64,000 nt of DNA from Bdellovibrionales bacterium (GTDB taxonomy: Bacteria > Bdellovibrionota > Bdellovibrionia > Bdellovibrionales > UBA1609). The position numbers and the translations under genes were made by a program. The notes beneath the pieces were generated by a model that ran no database searches, was not told the origin of the DNA, and worked only from the letters and a program-made list of their open reading frames with translations. The stretch spans positions 2,432,001-2,496,000 of the forward strand of contig OZ241329.1 of the NCBI GenBank assembly GCA_965199825.1, read 5' to 3'. Shown here piece after piece: positions 21,181-31,227 of the stretch (position 1 is the first letter of the stretch; every line of letters begins with the position of its first letter).

Positions 21181-23132
21181 TGATTCGACTCGACAAGGTT
21201 TCAAAAACCTATGTGATGGGTGATGTTGAGGTAAAAGCCTTAAACAATATCTCACTCGAAATTGCGTCGGGCGATTATGTTGCAATCATGGGCCCCTCGG
21301 GCTCGGGCAAATCAACATTGATGCACGTGTTGGGTTTGCTAGATCCTCCACAAAAAGGATTTTATCAAATCAATGGGCAAGAAGCCGCGCACCTCAAACC
21401 CGATGAGCTTGCAACTTTACGCCAAAAAGAAATCGGATTTATTTTTCAGCAATTTCATCTGTTGCCAAGACTCTCGGCCTTACAAAATGTTTTGCTGCCC
21501 CAGATGTATTCGGCATTTACCGATGTGAAGCTTGGCAAAAGTCTGCTTGATCGCATGGGCATTGGCTCACGCCTTGATCATCGCCCAAACGAAATGTCAG
21601 GCGGACAACAGCAGCGCGTGGCGATTGCTCGATCGCTCATTAATACTCCAAATATTATTATGGCCGATGAGCCCACCGGAAATTTAGATTCAGCCTCCGA
21701 AAAAGAAGTGATCGAAATTTTAGAAGAGCTCAATGCCAAAGGCATGACCATTATCGTGGTCACGCATGAAGAAGAAATTGGCCGCAAGGCCTCGCGCCTG
21801 ATTCGGATGCGTGATGGACAAGTGCAAAGTGATGAGCGCATTCGCCCACTAAAAATGGCTCCGAAATCGGTGGCCACAATCAAAGAAACTCGTCATGTGC
21901 GTGCCGATCAGTTTTTAAAATATTTAAAGCAAGGCATTCAAACTTTACTCGGAAATAAAATACGCACCGCACTCTCCGCTCTTGGAATTATGATTGGAGT
22001 GGCAGCGGTGGTCACCATGCTTGCTCTTGGCAAAGGCGCTCAACTCGCCATTGCCGACCAACTCAGCACGCTCGGTACAAATCTTTTGGTTTTAAAAACG
22101 GGAGCGATGCCGGTTGCGGGTGGATATAAAACCAAAGCCGATTCGGGTTTAACCACGCGGCTCACCAACGAAGATGCCCAAGCCATTGAAGAGCAAATTC
22201 CCTCGGTCAATGAGGCCGCACCCAATGTGGCCGGTCGAGCCCAAGTGGTGTATCTCAATCAAAATTGGAGCACCTCGATTATGGGTGTGACTCCCCTTTA
22301 CGCCCGCATCCACAGCATGGAGCCCGAGCTTGGTCGATTTTTTTCTTCTGATGAAAACCGGTCACGTGCACGCGTGGCAATTATTGGAGCTACCATCGTT
22401 CATCAGCTCTTTGGTGATAAAAGTCCTTTGGGCGAACTAATAAAGATCAGCAAAATTAATTTTCGAATCATCGGGGTCTTGCCCGAAAAAGGCGCGAGCA
22501 ATTTTCATGATGAAGATGACGTGATTTTTATTCCGCTCAACACAGCAATGCATCGATTGCTAGGCCGCAGTTACGTAGATGCAGTAGAGCTCGAGCTCAA
22601 TGACCCAGGACAAGCCGATGATGTCCAAGATAAGACTCTTGATATTTTGTTTAGTCGTCACCGCGTACCGATGGGCCTTCGCCAAGATGCCTTCCAAATC
22701 CGAAATATGGGAACCCTTCAAGCCGCGATGGCTGCAAGCACCAATGTGATGACTCTTTTATTGTTTGTGATTGCAGCAGTCTCACTCCTTGTGGGCGGCA
22801 TCGGAATTATGAATATCATGTTGGTCTCGGTCACCGAACGCACCCGCGAAATTGGTTTAAGAAAAGCGGTGGGAGCCCGATCAAAAGATATTTTGCTCCA
22901 ATTTTTGGCCGAGTCTTTGGTGGTGAGTCTGCTTGGTGGAATTTGCGGAATCTTACTTGCGTGGCTTGCCACTTGGTTGCTGTCCCATCTTGCAGGTTGG
23001 TCGAGCACGATTACACCGGGATCGATTTTTTTGGCTTTTTCTTTTTCGGTAGGAATGGGAATTGTGTTCGGACTTTATCCCGCACGCAAAGCCTCATTGC
23101 TTGCGCCGATCGATGCCCTAAGGTACGAGTAA
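21180..23132 (+). CDS. macB: MacB-like fused ABC ATPase/permease
   Basis: GPSGSGKST, SGGQQQRVAIAR, ADEPTGNLD; GGIGIMNIMLVSVTERTREIG; PIDALRYE. Confidence 0.92.
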   Translation: MIRLDKVSKTYVMGDVEVKALNNISLEIASGDYVAIMGPSGSGKSTLMHVLGLLDPPQKGFYQINGQEAAHLKPDELATLRQKEIGFIFQQFHLLPRLSALQNVLLPQMYSAFTDVKLGKSLLDRMGIGSRLDHRPNEMSGGQQQRVAIARSLINTPNIIMADEPTGNLDSASEKEVIEILEELNAKGMTIIVVTHEEEIGRKASRLIRMRDGQVQSDERIRPLKMAPKSVATIKETRHVRADQFLKYLKQGIQTLLGNKIRTALSALGIMIGVAAVVTMLALGKGAQLAIADQLSTLGTNLLVLKTGAMPVAGGYKTKADSGLTTRLTNEDAQAIEEQIPSVNEAAPNVAGRAQVVYLNQNWSTSIMGVTPLYARIHSMEPELGRFFSSDENRSRARVAIIGATIVHQLFGDKSPLGELIKISKINFRIIGVLPEKGASNFHDEDDVIFIPLNTAMHRLLGRSYVDAVELELNDPGQADDVQDKTLDILFSRHRVPMGLRQDAFQIRNMGTLQAAMAASTNVMTLLLFVIAAVSLLVGGIGIMNIMLVSVTERTREIGLRKAVGARSKDILLQFLAESLVVSLLGGICGILLAWLATWLLSHLAGWSSTITPGSIFLAFSFSVGMGIVFGLYPARKASLLAPIDALRYE

Positions 23133-23143
23133 TTTCGCATTTG

Positions 23144-23220
23144 CGGGGTGTAGCGCAGCTTGGTAGCGCGTCTGCTTCGGGAGTAGAAGGTCGCAGGTTC
23201 GAATCCTGTCACCCCGACCA
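23144..23220 (+). tRNA. tRNA-Pro (anticodon CGG)
   Basis: CGGGGTG acceptor pairs with CACCCCG; anticodon arm TCTGC-TTCGGGA-GTAGA; GGTTCGAATCC T-arm; encoded CCA. Confidence 0.97.
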
Positions 23221-23276
23221 TAAAAAATAACGAGAACAATAAACATAAACAAAATAAGTTTTTAAACAAAAATGTA

Positions 23277-23435
23277 GCGACAGGATTCGAAGAGAGATCG
23301 CGTCGTTTTGTTGGATGCGACGTCAAGGAGCATTCGGCAAAATGCGGCAGCCAGGATGGCTGACGAGCGGTCTCCCCGGCTCTGGAGGATGGGCAGGAGA
23401 CCATCCGTGAAGACCGAATCTTGTCATCCCGACCA
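23277..23435. repeat. tRNA-linked structured element bounded by inverted (23277-23291) and direct (23415-23435) copies of the tRNA-Pro 3' end
   Basis: GCGACAGGATTCGAA is the reverse complement of tRNA TTCGAATCCTGTCAC (14/15); CGAATCTTGTCATCCCGACCA vs CGAATCCTGTCACCCCGACCA (19/21); several internal hairpins. Confidence 0.85.
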
Positions 23436-23725
23436 CACGACGTTCTCAAAACATTTATTTTTTTAATACAACTCTAGATTATCGTACCTATCGCTGCGGC
23501 AAAGTTTTATCCAATAGAGCTCGGCAAATGTGCGTCGTTTTTGTGCCTTTGGATTGTGAAAATAGGAGCGGCATTTGCTTGTTCTTCAACCAAATTATTA
23601 AAGCTTCTCAATGGCTAAGCGTTAGACATTGAGCAGATTGTTTCAATGCACAGCAGTTGGATTATCGATTGCCTCTTAGCGAGCGATTTTCAAGCCGGCA
23701 TCTTTCTTGAAAAGCAAAATAGATC

Positions 23726-24511
23726 GTGATCACAAACTTCGCTATTTTTGTTATAATCTTTTGTTCTATTCAGCTGAGTGCAACTGAGTTGCTTTGCCAA
23801 ACCAACGAGACGAATTACAAACCTAATCTTGCGAACTGCTCGCCGCCTGAGAAGCTATCTGAGGGTCAAGCCTGCACTTGCCCGGTATCGAATGGTTCAG
23901 ATGCCTTTGGTAAGATTGTCAGTCTAGAGCCATCTTCATTGCAGTTGGTCTTTCGCACTCTACCGGGCGATCAAGATGAAGGCGCTTATAAACAATTTAT
24001 AATTATAGCTCAAAGTTTTGGGATGGATGTTAAAGTTAAAGACACCACCTATGATACATCAGTGGTTGTAGATTTGAAGCGCGGAAAATCACTTGTACCC
24101 TGGCTTCAAAGATATCGCGGGTGCCAAGCTTTTGATGCGACTTGCGAAACTTATTTAAAGCAACTCAACCCCAATATGACGACATCAAAGATCGCGCAGC
24201 TCAAAGCTCGCAACTACAATGGCACTCTTCGCATTGCGGCCCGGGCAGATAAGCATCTCATTACTCTTTCGCACGGGCCTTTTCTATTAAGATCACAAAA
24301 AAATGAAATCACCCCCCGCCATTTTGTGACAACGATTCGTATCTCGGGGCAACTCGAAGATTTGTTTAAAAAATATTCTGGGCAGTTTTCTCTCAATGTC
24401 GAAAGTATGAGAAGAGATGGCATGCTTCGGACCTCTTCTGATCAATGGGTCGATGTAGGTTCTTCGGATCTAACTAAGATTGATGTTGAGACTTCTCTGC
24501 AGGGTCGCTAG
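23726..24511 (+). CDS. Secreted hypothetical protein with N-terminal Cys-rich mini-domain
   Basis: Signal peptide; CQT...C...GQACTC...G motif. Confidence 0.7.
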   Translation: MITNFAIFVIIFCSIQLSATELLCQTNETNYKPNLANCSPPEKLSEGQACTCPVSNGSDAFGKIVSLEPSSLQLVFRTLPGDQDEGAYKQFIIIAQSFGMDVKVKDTTYDTSVVVDLKRGKSLVPWLQRYRGCQAFDATCETYLKQLNPNMTTSKIAQLKARNYNGTLRIAARADKHLITLSHGPFLLRSQKNEITPRHFVTTIRISGQLEDLFKKYSGQFSLNVESMRRDGMLRTSSDQWVDVGSSDLTKIDVETSLQGR

Positions 24512-24632
24512 TTTCTTCAATCATTAATTGCAGTTGAGTTGAATTTTGATTGGTAGCTTTAGTCAGCGGTCATTCACTCGGAATTCTGTCTGAAATGTTT
24601 GAATTGGCTCGTCGAACTTAAAAGGAGCAGCC

Positions 24633-24992
24633 TTGAAAAATATAATTAATTTCTATACATTATTAGTTTCAACACTATGTTGTGCGCAAACTCAAAATCC
24701 CTACCAAGAACTCTTAAACGCTGTGAGCGAATGTAAAAGTCCAGACAATCCTTACATTGATGCATCAAAGCGGCTACAGGGAAACCGTATGTTGCTGACG
24801 ACCTATTCACCAAATACTTCTGGTGGAGGCGACTTTCAAATTGTTGTTACAAAAAGTTTTGGTCATAGTCTTTATGTTACGGTTGGTCGACTTACACTAC
24901 ATACAGAGCGCAAAGAGTCGCATGGTCCGCTCGACTGCAAAATCACAATCATGCCACTTCTTAACGCTCCCCCGATGCTAGATTTTGAATAA
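24633..24992 (+). CDS. Small secreted hypothetical protein
   Basis: AAGGAG RBS before TTG; signal-like N-terminus; two Cys in mature part. Confidence 0.65.
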   Translation: MKNIINFYTLLVSTLCCAQTQNPYQELLNAVSECKSPDNPYIDASKRLQGNRMLLTTYSPNTSGGGDFQIVVTKSFGHSLYVTVGRLTLHTERKESHGPLDCKITIMPLLNAPPMLDFE

Positions 24993-25323
24993 TCGGCTTA
25001 AGTATTTATTAGCTTCGACTCTAAACTTGGCTTTGTTCCTTTTTTTTTGCTGATCAGCTATCCAGTAACCGGAGGGTCCAGACATCCCAAGCGCCGCACT
25101 CAATTCATCCATCGTACTCATAAAAAATTGAAAATTGCTGTAAGGTGTTTCTGCCTCCAAAAATTTACGCTCGTGAAATCCATTGATTGTTTGTTCGTGC
25201 TCAATTTGTACCGAAAATATTTTATTCACTGGGAGTCGAAATAAGATAGTCGTTCAAAAAACGACATCGGATTGTCCCCCAAATTTAAGGAACCCCGATG
25301 TTGTGACGTATGCCAATTTAAAA

Positions 25324-25866
25324 TTAATTATAGTTCGGAGAGTAGACGACTGCATCTGCACCTGCACAAGGCGCAATAACAACGTTTGAAGAGTCGAATA
25401 TTAAAAACGACAAATTATCTACTTGATGACAATTGCTACTAACGGCACCGGGGCAAGTCACTTCACGTGGGAAAGAATATTTCTCGAGCTGCCCTGTATG
25501 CTTGTCATAAATTATGTAGAGTGTTGCCTCGCCAGAGTATTTGTTCCCATTGCGGTCGTGCGCCGTGAATTGAATTGCGCGATGTTTGTCACCACATTCT
25601 CCACCAACCAAACCTATTAAACATGCGCCGTGGATCACAACACTGTCGCGATCAACGACGATATCAGGTCGATTTGATTTTTGAGTAACGACTGTAGACA
25701 AACGTAAAAATGCATCTTTAAAAGCATCATTTGATAAAGGGTTTGCAAACGTAATTTTCGAAGCATTATCGGAAGCAGAAAAATTTGAGCAAATCCGGCC
25801 TTGCTCAGCAAATCCATTTAATCCAAATAAACAAAAAGACATAAAAAATATACTTCTAACTTTCAA
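25324..25866 (-). CDS. Secreted Cys-containing hypothetical protein
   Basis: Signal peptide ending NGFA; six Cys in mature part. Confidence 0.7.
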   Translation of the reverse strand: MKVRSIFFMSFCLFGLNGFAEQGRICSNFSASDNASKITFANPLSNDAFKDAFLRLSTVVTQKSNRPDIVVDRDSVVIHGACLIGLVGGECGDKHRAIQFTAHDRNGNKYSGEATLYIIYDKHTGQLEKYSFPREVTCPGAVSSNCHQVDNLSFLIFDSSNVVIAPCAGADAVVYSPNYN

Positions 25867-25933
25867 GTTTAAAGAAATGAGTAAATATAAATAAAATTAG
25901 TCGATACGTATTGTTGTGGGAGACTGTAGCCAA

Positions 25934-26164
25934 TTAAATGGCTACGGTTTCTTTCTGAATATTTGTTTCGATCTGTGGGATGGGGTTTTTGGGTTTTGGT
26001 AGAGTTAGAGCATTTTCAACTCGAATGGTTGCTCGGTAGGATGTTTCTAGATCGAGGTAGTGATCCTGAAAATAGAGGCACTCGACGCAATGAGCGTACG
26101 TTAATAATTTATCAAGAGCCTTTGTTCCGCATCGCGGACAAATTTCTAAAAAAAGTTTCGACAT
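25934..26164 (-). CDS. Small zinc-ribbon-like protein
   Basis: CPRC...CVEC; GGAGA RBS before ATG. Confidence 0.7.
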   Translation of the reverse strand: MSKLFLEICPRCGTKALDKLLTYAHCVECLYFQDHYLDLETSYRATIRVENALTLPKPKNPIPQIETNIQKETVAI

Positions 26165-26545
26165 GATTTCTCCATTCGTGTTTTCAGCCGGTCAATTGAC
26201 AACCGTTCACCTTTTTAAATTGCAAGGCGTGCCGAAAGATGGACGAAGAAGTGATAAGTGTTTGGAATAAATAAAGAATGAAGTGAAAAATCAATTACTG
26301 GTGAGATTGAATTTGTTTTGGAAATCTGAATGACGAAAATATGAAGAAGATTGATTATCTTTAGATTTAAGATGTTTAGAGCGTATTCAGTTATTCAACA
26401 TAAGACCTAAATTCCTGAATCGAATCGGAATCTATTTGCAGCATCTTTTCAAAAGGGCCAGCTTAAATGGGAGTGACGAATTCCTAGGTAAAATTGAGCT
26501 TAACAAGAAACCAAAACAATGAGGTATTATCAAAAAATTTTGTAT

Positions 26546-28027
26546 TTATAATTCTATGTCATCTGTTTCTTTATCCACGTGAACGACATCAACAGCAGGG
26601 ATAATCAAATCATGATCTATCAGCAATGATTGCTTGTCTTTTTGGTTTCTTTCTGACGATGAAAGTATCTGAATGCAATCAAACACTTCATCTACTCGTT
26701 GAGTGAGATTTGCAATTTTAGGAAGGATGGATTTCACGATTGGACGAAGTGATCTTAACGTATGTTGAGATTGAGGTGTCTCATTTAAGAGTTTTTCGCG
26801 TCTCGAAATCTTTCGACTTTGAAATGTGCCTTCGAACGCGGGGCGACTTTGAATTGATTCGTCGGGAGCAGTTGTTGGGCCCAGTTGCTCTTTTACAGAA
26901 CGATTCATATCAAATCCCCAGTGCGCTTTTGCTAAGAAATAGCGAGTCATAACATTTTGAAACTGAGGATGAACCTGGCTACTTCGATCAGGGTGAGAGG
27001 GAATAATAATTCCAAGCAATTGCATGTCGGATTCGAAATTCGCAAGACCTCTTATAGTAAACTGGATTGGTTTACATTCAAGTGTAAAAAATTCGCCAAG
27101 ATGGGAAAAGCGATTTTTAGGTTCAAGCATGGAATTTGCGATAGATTGAATTTCCATTCGCATCTCTTGGGCACCTTCAGGAAAAACCTCATCTAGGCCT
27201 TTCAAATAATTTTCGATCACCACGTCAGGCAAAGGATCAAAACGACTCGATAAATAATTGTCTCCATATGGGAGGTAGTTCCATGGATGACTTCGGCGGT
27301 CGATCTCTTCCCAAAGCCGTGCAGGATGAAAACCGAGGTTTGCAGCAAAATCTAGATCGTATTGGGCGGCTTTTAGCGAAATTGTGCGCCTCTCGCTTCG
27401 ATCAAGGTGATACCTATGAAAAAAAACAAAATCCTGCCACTGGTAGGCGGCGATCTCTAACCAGTTATGAATGGTAGAGGGAAGCTCATCGTCGTAATCC
27501 CAATCAAACTCGAAGCTCTCGTACCAGAGCTTAATTTCTTTTAAAAAATCTGGGCCTAATTCTTTTGAGAGAGTGCTGCAAAATTCATAGAATTCGCGTC
27601 GAAGTTCTAGCGGAATCGGCTCATATTCTGATTCGATTTTTGCAATTCTTCGAGGTTCCAAGTCAAATGCCCGCATCACGTTGAGCCAAATTTTTTCTTG
27701 AGTAACATCGTATTTTCTTGAAAAGAAACTGATCTTTTGGGCAATCGTTTGAGCGAGCTCATTCTGTCGCCGCAGCAAACTTAGAAAATTGATGGGGATT
27801 GTCCCGTTCGAAGTGCCTAGCAAAACAGAGTGTTGATTTAACAAATATGAATTTGAAAGCTGTGTCACGATTTCGATCTCGCCGAAGCCCGCATCGATAG
27901 CTATTTTTGGAAGAGAAGGGGCAATAACAGCAGCGCCACCCAAAACTAAAAAATTTCTACGAGAAGTTTCCATGGCATAAACTTTTGTTGCTAAACAAAG
28001 AGCAAAAATTAAATATCTCATATACAT
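26546..28027 (-). CDS. Exported hypothetical protein (Sec-like leader followed by Tat-like SRRNFL)
   Basis: 493 aa ORF; MRYLIFALCLATKVYA-METSRRNFLVLGGAAVIA. Confidence 0.75.
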   Translation of the reverse strand: MYMRYLIFALCLATKVYAMETSRRNFLVLGGAAVIAPSLPKIAIDAGFGEIEIVTQLSNSYLLNQHSVLLGTSNGTIPINFLSLLRRQNELAQTIAQKISFFSRKYDVTQEKIWLNVMRAFDLEPRRIAKIESEYEPIPLELRREFYEFCSTLSKELGPDFLKEIKLWYESFEFDWDYDDELPSTIHNWLEIAAYQWQDFVFFHRYHLDRSERRTISLKAAQYDLDFAANLGFHPARLWEEIDRRSHPWNYLPYGDNYLSSRFDPLPDVVIENYLKGLDEVFPEGAQEMRMEIQSIANSMLEPKNRFSHLGEFFTLECKPIQFTIRGLANFESDMQLLGIIIPSHPDRSSQVHPQFQNVMTRYFLAKAHWGFDMNRSVKEQLGPTTAPDESIQSRPAFEGTFQSRKISRREKLLNETPQSQHTLRSLRPIVKSILPKIANLTQRVDEVFDCIQILSSSERNQKDKQSLLIDHDLIIPAVDVVHVDKETDDIEL

Positions 28028-28171
28028 GGAAAACTCTCGATCAATACTAAAGTCAATTAAATGGATTTAACAAACTTAAATGGAGGCCTTACTGCATTTT
28101 AATAGGCACTTTTTTTAGGCAAAGTGTTCGTGACCCCCATTTGGACTCGACACCTTTGAAAGGTGGACCAA

Positions 28172-28564
28172 GTGGAAGAAAGAATCAATCGACGAGGGCC
28201 GAAACCGAGGTTTAGCAGGTCTGAAAAAGAGCAAATATTACGCGAGCACAATCAGTAAGGTATCCCTATCTCCCAACTCGCAAGGATAAATGGTATTCAT
28301 GCCGTAACCATTTATTCTTGGAAGCGGAGCTTGAAAATGAACGACGATGCAAACGATCAAATCATATCGCCTGATAAAGTTCGCGAGCTCCTAACTGAGA
28401 TTGAAAATTTAAAAAAAGAAAACAAGCAGCTTAAAATCAAGGTTGCTGACCTTGCAGTTGGTAACGACATCATGACTGAAGCAATTGCGATTCAAAAAAA
28501 AAGAAATCTTTTGAGGCAACTCGGATTGCTAGAGAAATCAAAGAAACGAAAAGGTACAAAGTGA
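28172..28564 (+). pseudogene. IS OrfA (HTH) with in-frame nonsense codon
   Basis: GTG 28172 MEERINRRGPKPRFSRSEKEQILREHNQ*GIPISQLARINGIHAVTIYSWKR...; TAA at 28256-28258. Confidence 0.85.
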
Positions 28565-28586
28565 AAGACGTCGCCAAAACATTGGG

Positions 28587-29369
28587 GTGGATAGATCCAC
28601 ACTTTATTTTAAAAAAGATCTGCGCCGTCGATTTTATGAAAAAGAATCGGATGCGAAAGTGCTTGATGAAATTACTGAGATGCTTAAAACCAGATCGACT
28701 TATGGCTACAAGCGAATTACGTCGATGATCAATCGAATACGTTTACAAAATGGCCTTCGTGCCTATAACAAAAAGCGGATTTTACGAGTGATGCAAAAAA
28801 ATGGAAAGATGTTTGCAAAAGCTATCTCTGAGCGGACGCACACATCGACAGGCAAGGTCATGACACTTCACTCGAACACCCGCTGGTGCTCAGACTGCTT
28901 TGAGATCAAGTGCTTCAACGGTGAAAAAGTTTACGTTATTTTTGTGCTCGACACGTGCGATCGAGAAGCAATCTGCTTTATCGCAAAGCGTGAACCAATT
29001 TTAGCCGAAGATGTTCAAAGCATAATGATTGAGTCTGTAGAAAAGCGCTTTAAGACAACCTTAGCGCCAAGAACAATCCAATTTTTATCAGATCGTGGAG
29101 CGATCTACCGTGCAAGAGCAACACGTGAGCTTGCACCGCAGCTGGGGCTGCAGTCGTGCTTTACGATGGCGTTTAGCCCTGAATCGAATGGCATGGCCGA
29201 AGCCTTCGTGAAGACCATAAAAAGAGATTACGTTTACGTAAATGACTGCGTGGATCCTGAAGCTGTACTTGCCATGCTTCCAGCTTGGTTCAAAGACTAC
29301 AACGAAGTTGCTCCACACTCAGCACTTGGCATGCAGAGCCCGATGGATTACTTAAGAAAAATAAATTAA
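28587..29369 (+). CDS. IS3-family DDE transposase OrfB (frame opens at the A9G shift site)
   Basis: YGYKRI, RWCSDCFEI, LDTCDRE, SDRG, SPESNGMAEAFVKTIKRDY, YNEVAPHSALG. Confidence 0.95.
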   Translation: MDRSTLYFKKDLRRRFYEKESDAKVLDEITEMLKTRSTYGYKRITSMINRIRLQNGLRAYNKKRILRVMQKNGKMFAKAISERTHTSTGKVMTLHSNTRWCSDCFEIKCFNGEKVYVIFVLDTCDREAICFIAKREPILAEDVQSIMIESVEKRFKTTLAPRTIQFLSDRGAIYRARATRELAPQLGLQSCFTMAFSPESNGMAEAFVKTIKRDYVYVNDCVDPEAVLAMLPAWFKDYNEVAPHSALGMQSPMDYLRKIN

Positions 29370-29403
29370 CCGTGTCGATTCAAATGGGGTCCAATCCAGT
29401 CTG

Positions 29404-30474
29404 ATGATGAAACTGTTTATCTTTGCATTGGTGCTTTTTTCAAACACAGCTGTAGCAATCAATGACTCTGAGTGTGGTGTCTTAGCTCAATCGATACAAA
29501 GACAACAACAGCGGCTTTCTGCTTTTGAGGTTGCTCCCGAGAGACTTAGAATTTGGCTAAACCAATTCGATCTGAAAGATCGAAAAATAGCCTTAGAAAT
29601 TATTCGCGGACTTTATCTCATAAATTTTTCAGAGCTTTCAAAAAATTTGAAAGCAACCCATTCTAAACTTGTTTCCCAATTGATCGCCGACGGCTTTGTA
29701 AATACTTTGGGTGGTGCAGACCTTGAACGTATTGATTTTTCGAGAGCTTATACCGCAAAAAGCGGAGATCTTATCTCGTTTTTCTATCGCAAGGCCAATC
29801 TAATTTTAAATTCTAAATTTCACTCCTCTGACCAACTTTCGACACTAAAAACATTTTCCGAAAATTCCAATCGCGCGCTTGTTATCTTAGATGATTACGT
29901 GGGTACGGGCGCACAATTTTTGTCTGAGTTTTACGGAAGAAACTACGCTAAAATTTTTAATACTTACGCCAAAGTTTATTTAGTCGTCATAACCGCGCAT
30001 CAAAAAGCGACTGAACGATTTGACCAAATTAAACAGGGTGAAAATGCGGCTGTTGCAGAAGCTTTCATAAATGATTTTCAGTTAATAGGAAACGAAGTCG
30101 AAGCCACTCGAGCTTCTCTAAATAACGTCAAATCAGACAAGATAGAATTGATTTATAGAAATATTGAATTTCCAATGTTGGCTGATGAAAATCCGCATTT
30201 ATCCGCTACAGAAAAATTAAGGATTAAAGATTTTTTGTTGAAGTATGGGGACTTTGATCAAAATCCCTTTGCACCATTTGGCGTTGCAAATTTACAAGGC
30301 AGCACGGTCTTTTTTTATGGCCCACCAAATTCACTCCCCGACATTCTGTGGAATAGTCTTGGTAGGTATAAAAAGAATCCGCTCATTCCGCTTTTTGCAA
30401 GAGTTGAAGATATCAGCCACTACGATTTTGCAAAAGGGCTGCCTCCGGGACAACAAATTTGGGGAGGAAAATAG
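29404..30474 (+). CDS. Secreted phosphoribosyltransferase-like protein
   Basis: Signal peptide; WLNQF; KSG; PRPP-loop-like LVILDDYVGTG; C-terminal PFG...VFFYGPPNSLPDILW. Confidence 0.7.
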   Translation: MMKLFIFALVLFSNTAVAINDSECGVLAQSIQRQQQRLSAFEVAPERLRIWLNQFDLKDRKIALEIIRGLYLINFSELSKNLKATHSKLVSQLIADGFVNTLGGADLERIDFSRAYTAKSGDLISFFYRKANLILNSKFHSSDQLSTLKTFSENSNRALVILDDYVGTGAQFLSEFYGRNYAKIFNTYAKVYLVVITAHQKATERFDQIKQGENAAVAEAFINDFQLIGNEVEATRASLNNVKSDKIELIYRNIEFPMLADENPHLSATEKLRIKDFLLKYGDFDQNPFAPFGVANLQGSTVFFYGPPNSLPDILWNSLGRYKKNPLIPLFARVEDISHYDFAKGLPPGQQIWGGK

Positions 30475-31227
30475 ATTAAAATAACTCTGAGGCCCATAAC
30501 CTTATTTTAATCATAAACAATTAATTATTTGCTAAATCATGCTCTAACGAATTCCCGCCAAAGTGTTATAAATAGATTTTGTAGCTCTCTTCCATATTCC
30601 AACTTAGAATTGAAATTATCGATGTTAGCTTTGCTTGGCTCTCTGATTTTTTTTACGGATATGCATTTCTATTTACGACGAATTGTGACTACACAACCGA
30701 TTATGTGGAACCTTTTTCCGTGAAGGAAAGAAGTGCATTAACTTAGCCTACTGGAACGAGATTAAAAGAAAAGACTGGTCTCCTAGGAATATCCGAGCAG
30801 TCATCGAACACATCACCACTTACAAAGATTCTTCAAAAGAAGCACGAAAAATCTTAGCTGATTAGTCAGCGAATACTTGTATTAGACCTTTAACCAATTT
30901 AGTCGATCCGATGCCTATCTCGCCTGAACGGGGAATCCTTTTCTAGACTTCTTCTTAATACAGATGTTCTTCACCGATAGTCTAAAACACATCAGAAACA
31001 GGTGAGGTTTAACCAGGGCTAATAGGAAATAACGAGTTTGTCTTTGATATAAAATGGACAAGATGTTCCTGATCTTTATTTTAGCGCTGACAATTTTTGA
31101 CTTATTTTTTGCCTATGTGACAATTTTTGTTTGTTTAAATTTTCTCGAGGGCCTCAAGCCATTTAGCTAAACTTGCTATGGGTCTACGCTTTGCTCTAAT
31201 GAAGCGGGTACATGGGTTTAAATTTTA

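Larger units (their letters stand above)
28125..29398 (+). mobile_element. IS3-family (IS2 group) insertion sequence, probably inactive
   Basis: 5'-TG...CA-3' ends with imperfect IRs (TGTTCGTGACCCCCATTTGGACTCGACAC / rc TGGATTGGACCCCATTTGAATCGACAC); orfA and orfB with A9G frameshift site at 28494-28503. Confidence 0.92.

Noticed and set aside
23415..23435. tRNA 3'-end duplicate as attR of a large integrated element
   Set aside because: Only ~200 bp from the tRNA; no integrase and no more distant copy seen in the window, so it does not delimit the island
22943..23449. ORFs 22943-23230(+) and 23075-23449(-)
   Set aside because: Shadow translations of the macB end, the tRNA and the structured repeat
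24978..25229. 83-aa minus-strand ORF
   Set aside because: No RBS, signal or motif recognised; possibly a gene remnant but cannot be supported
30480..31100. Short open frames such as CINLAYWNEIKRKDWSPRNIRAVIEH
   Set aside because: Fragmented, with no start signal or recognisable family; probable decayed sequence
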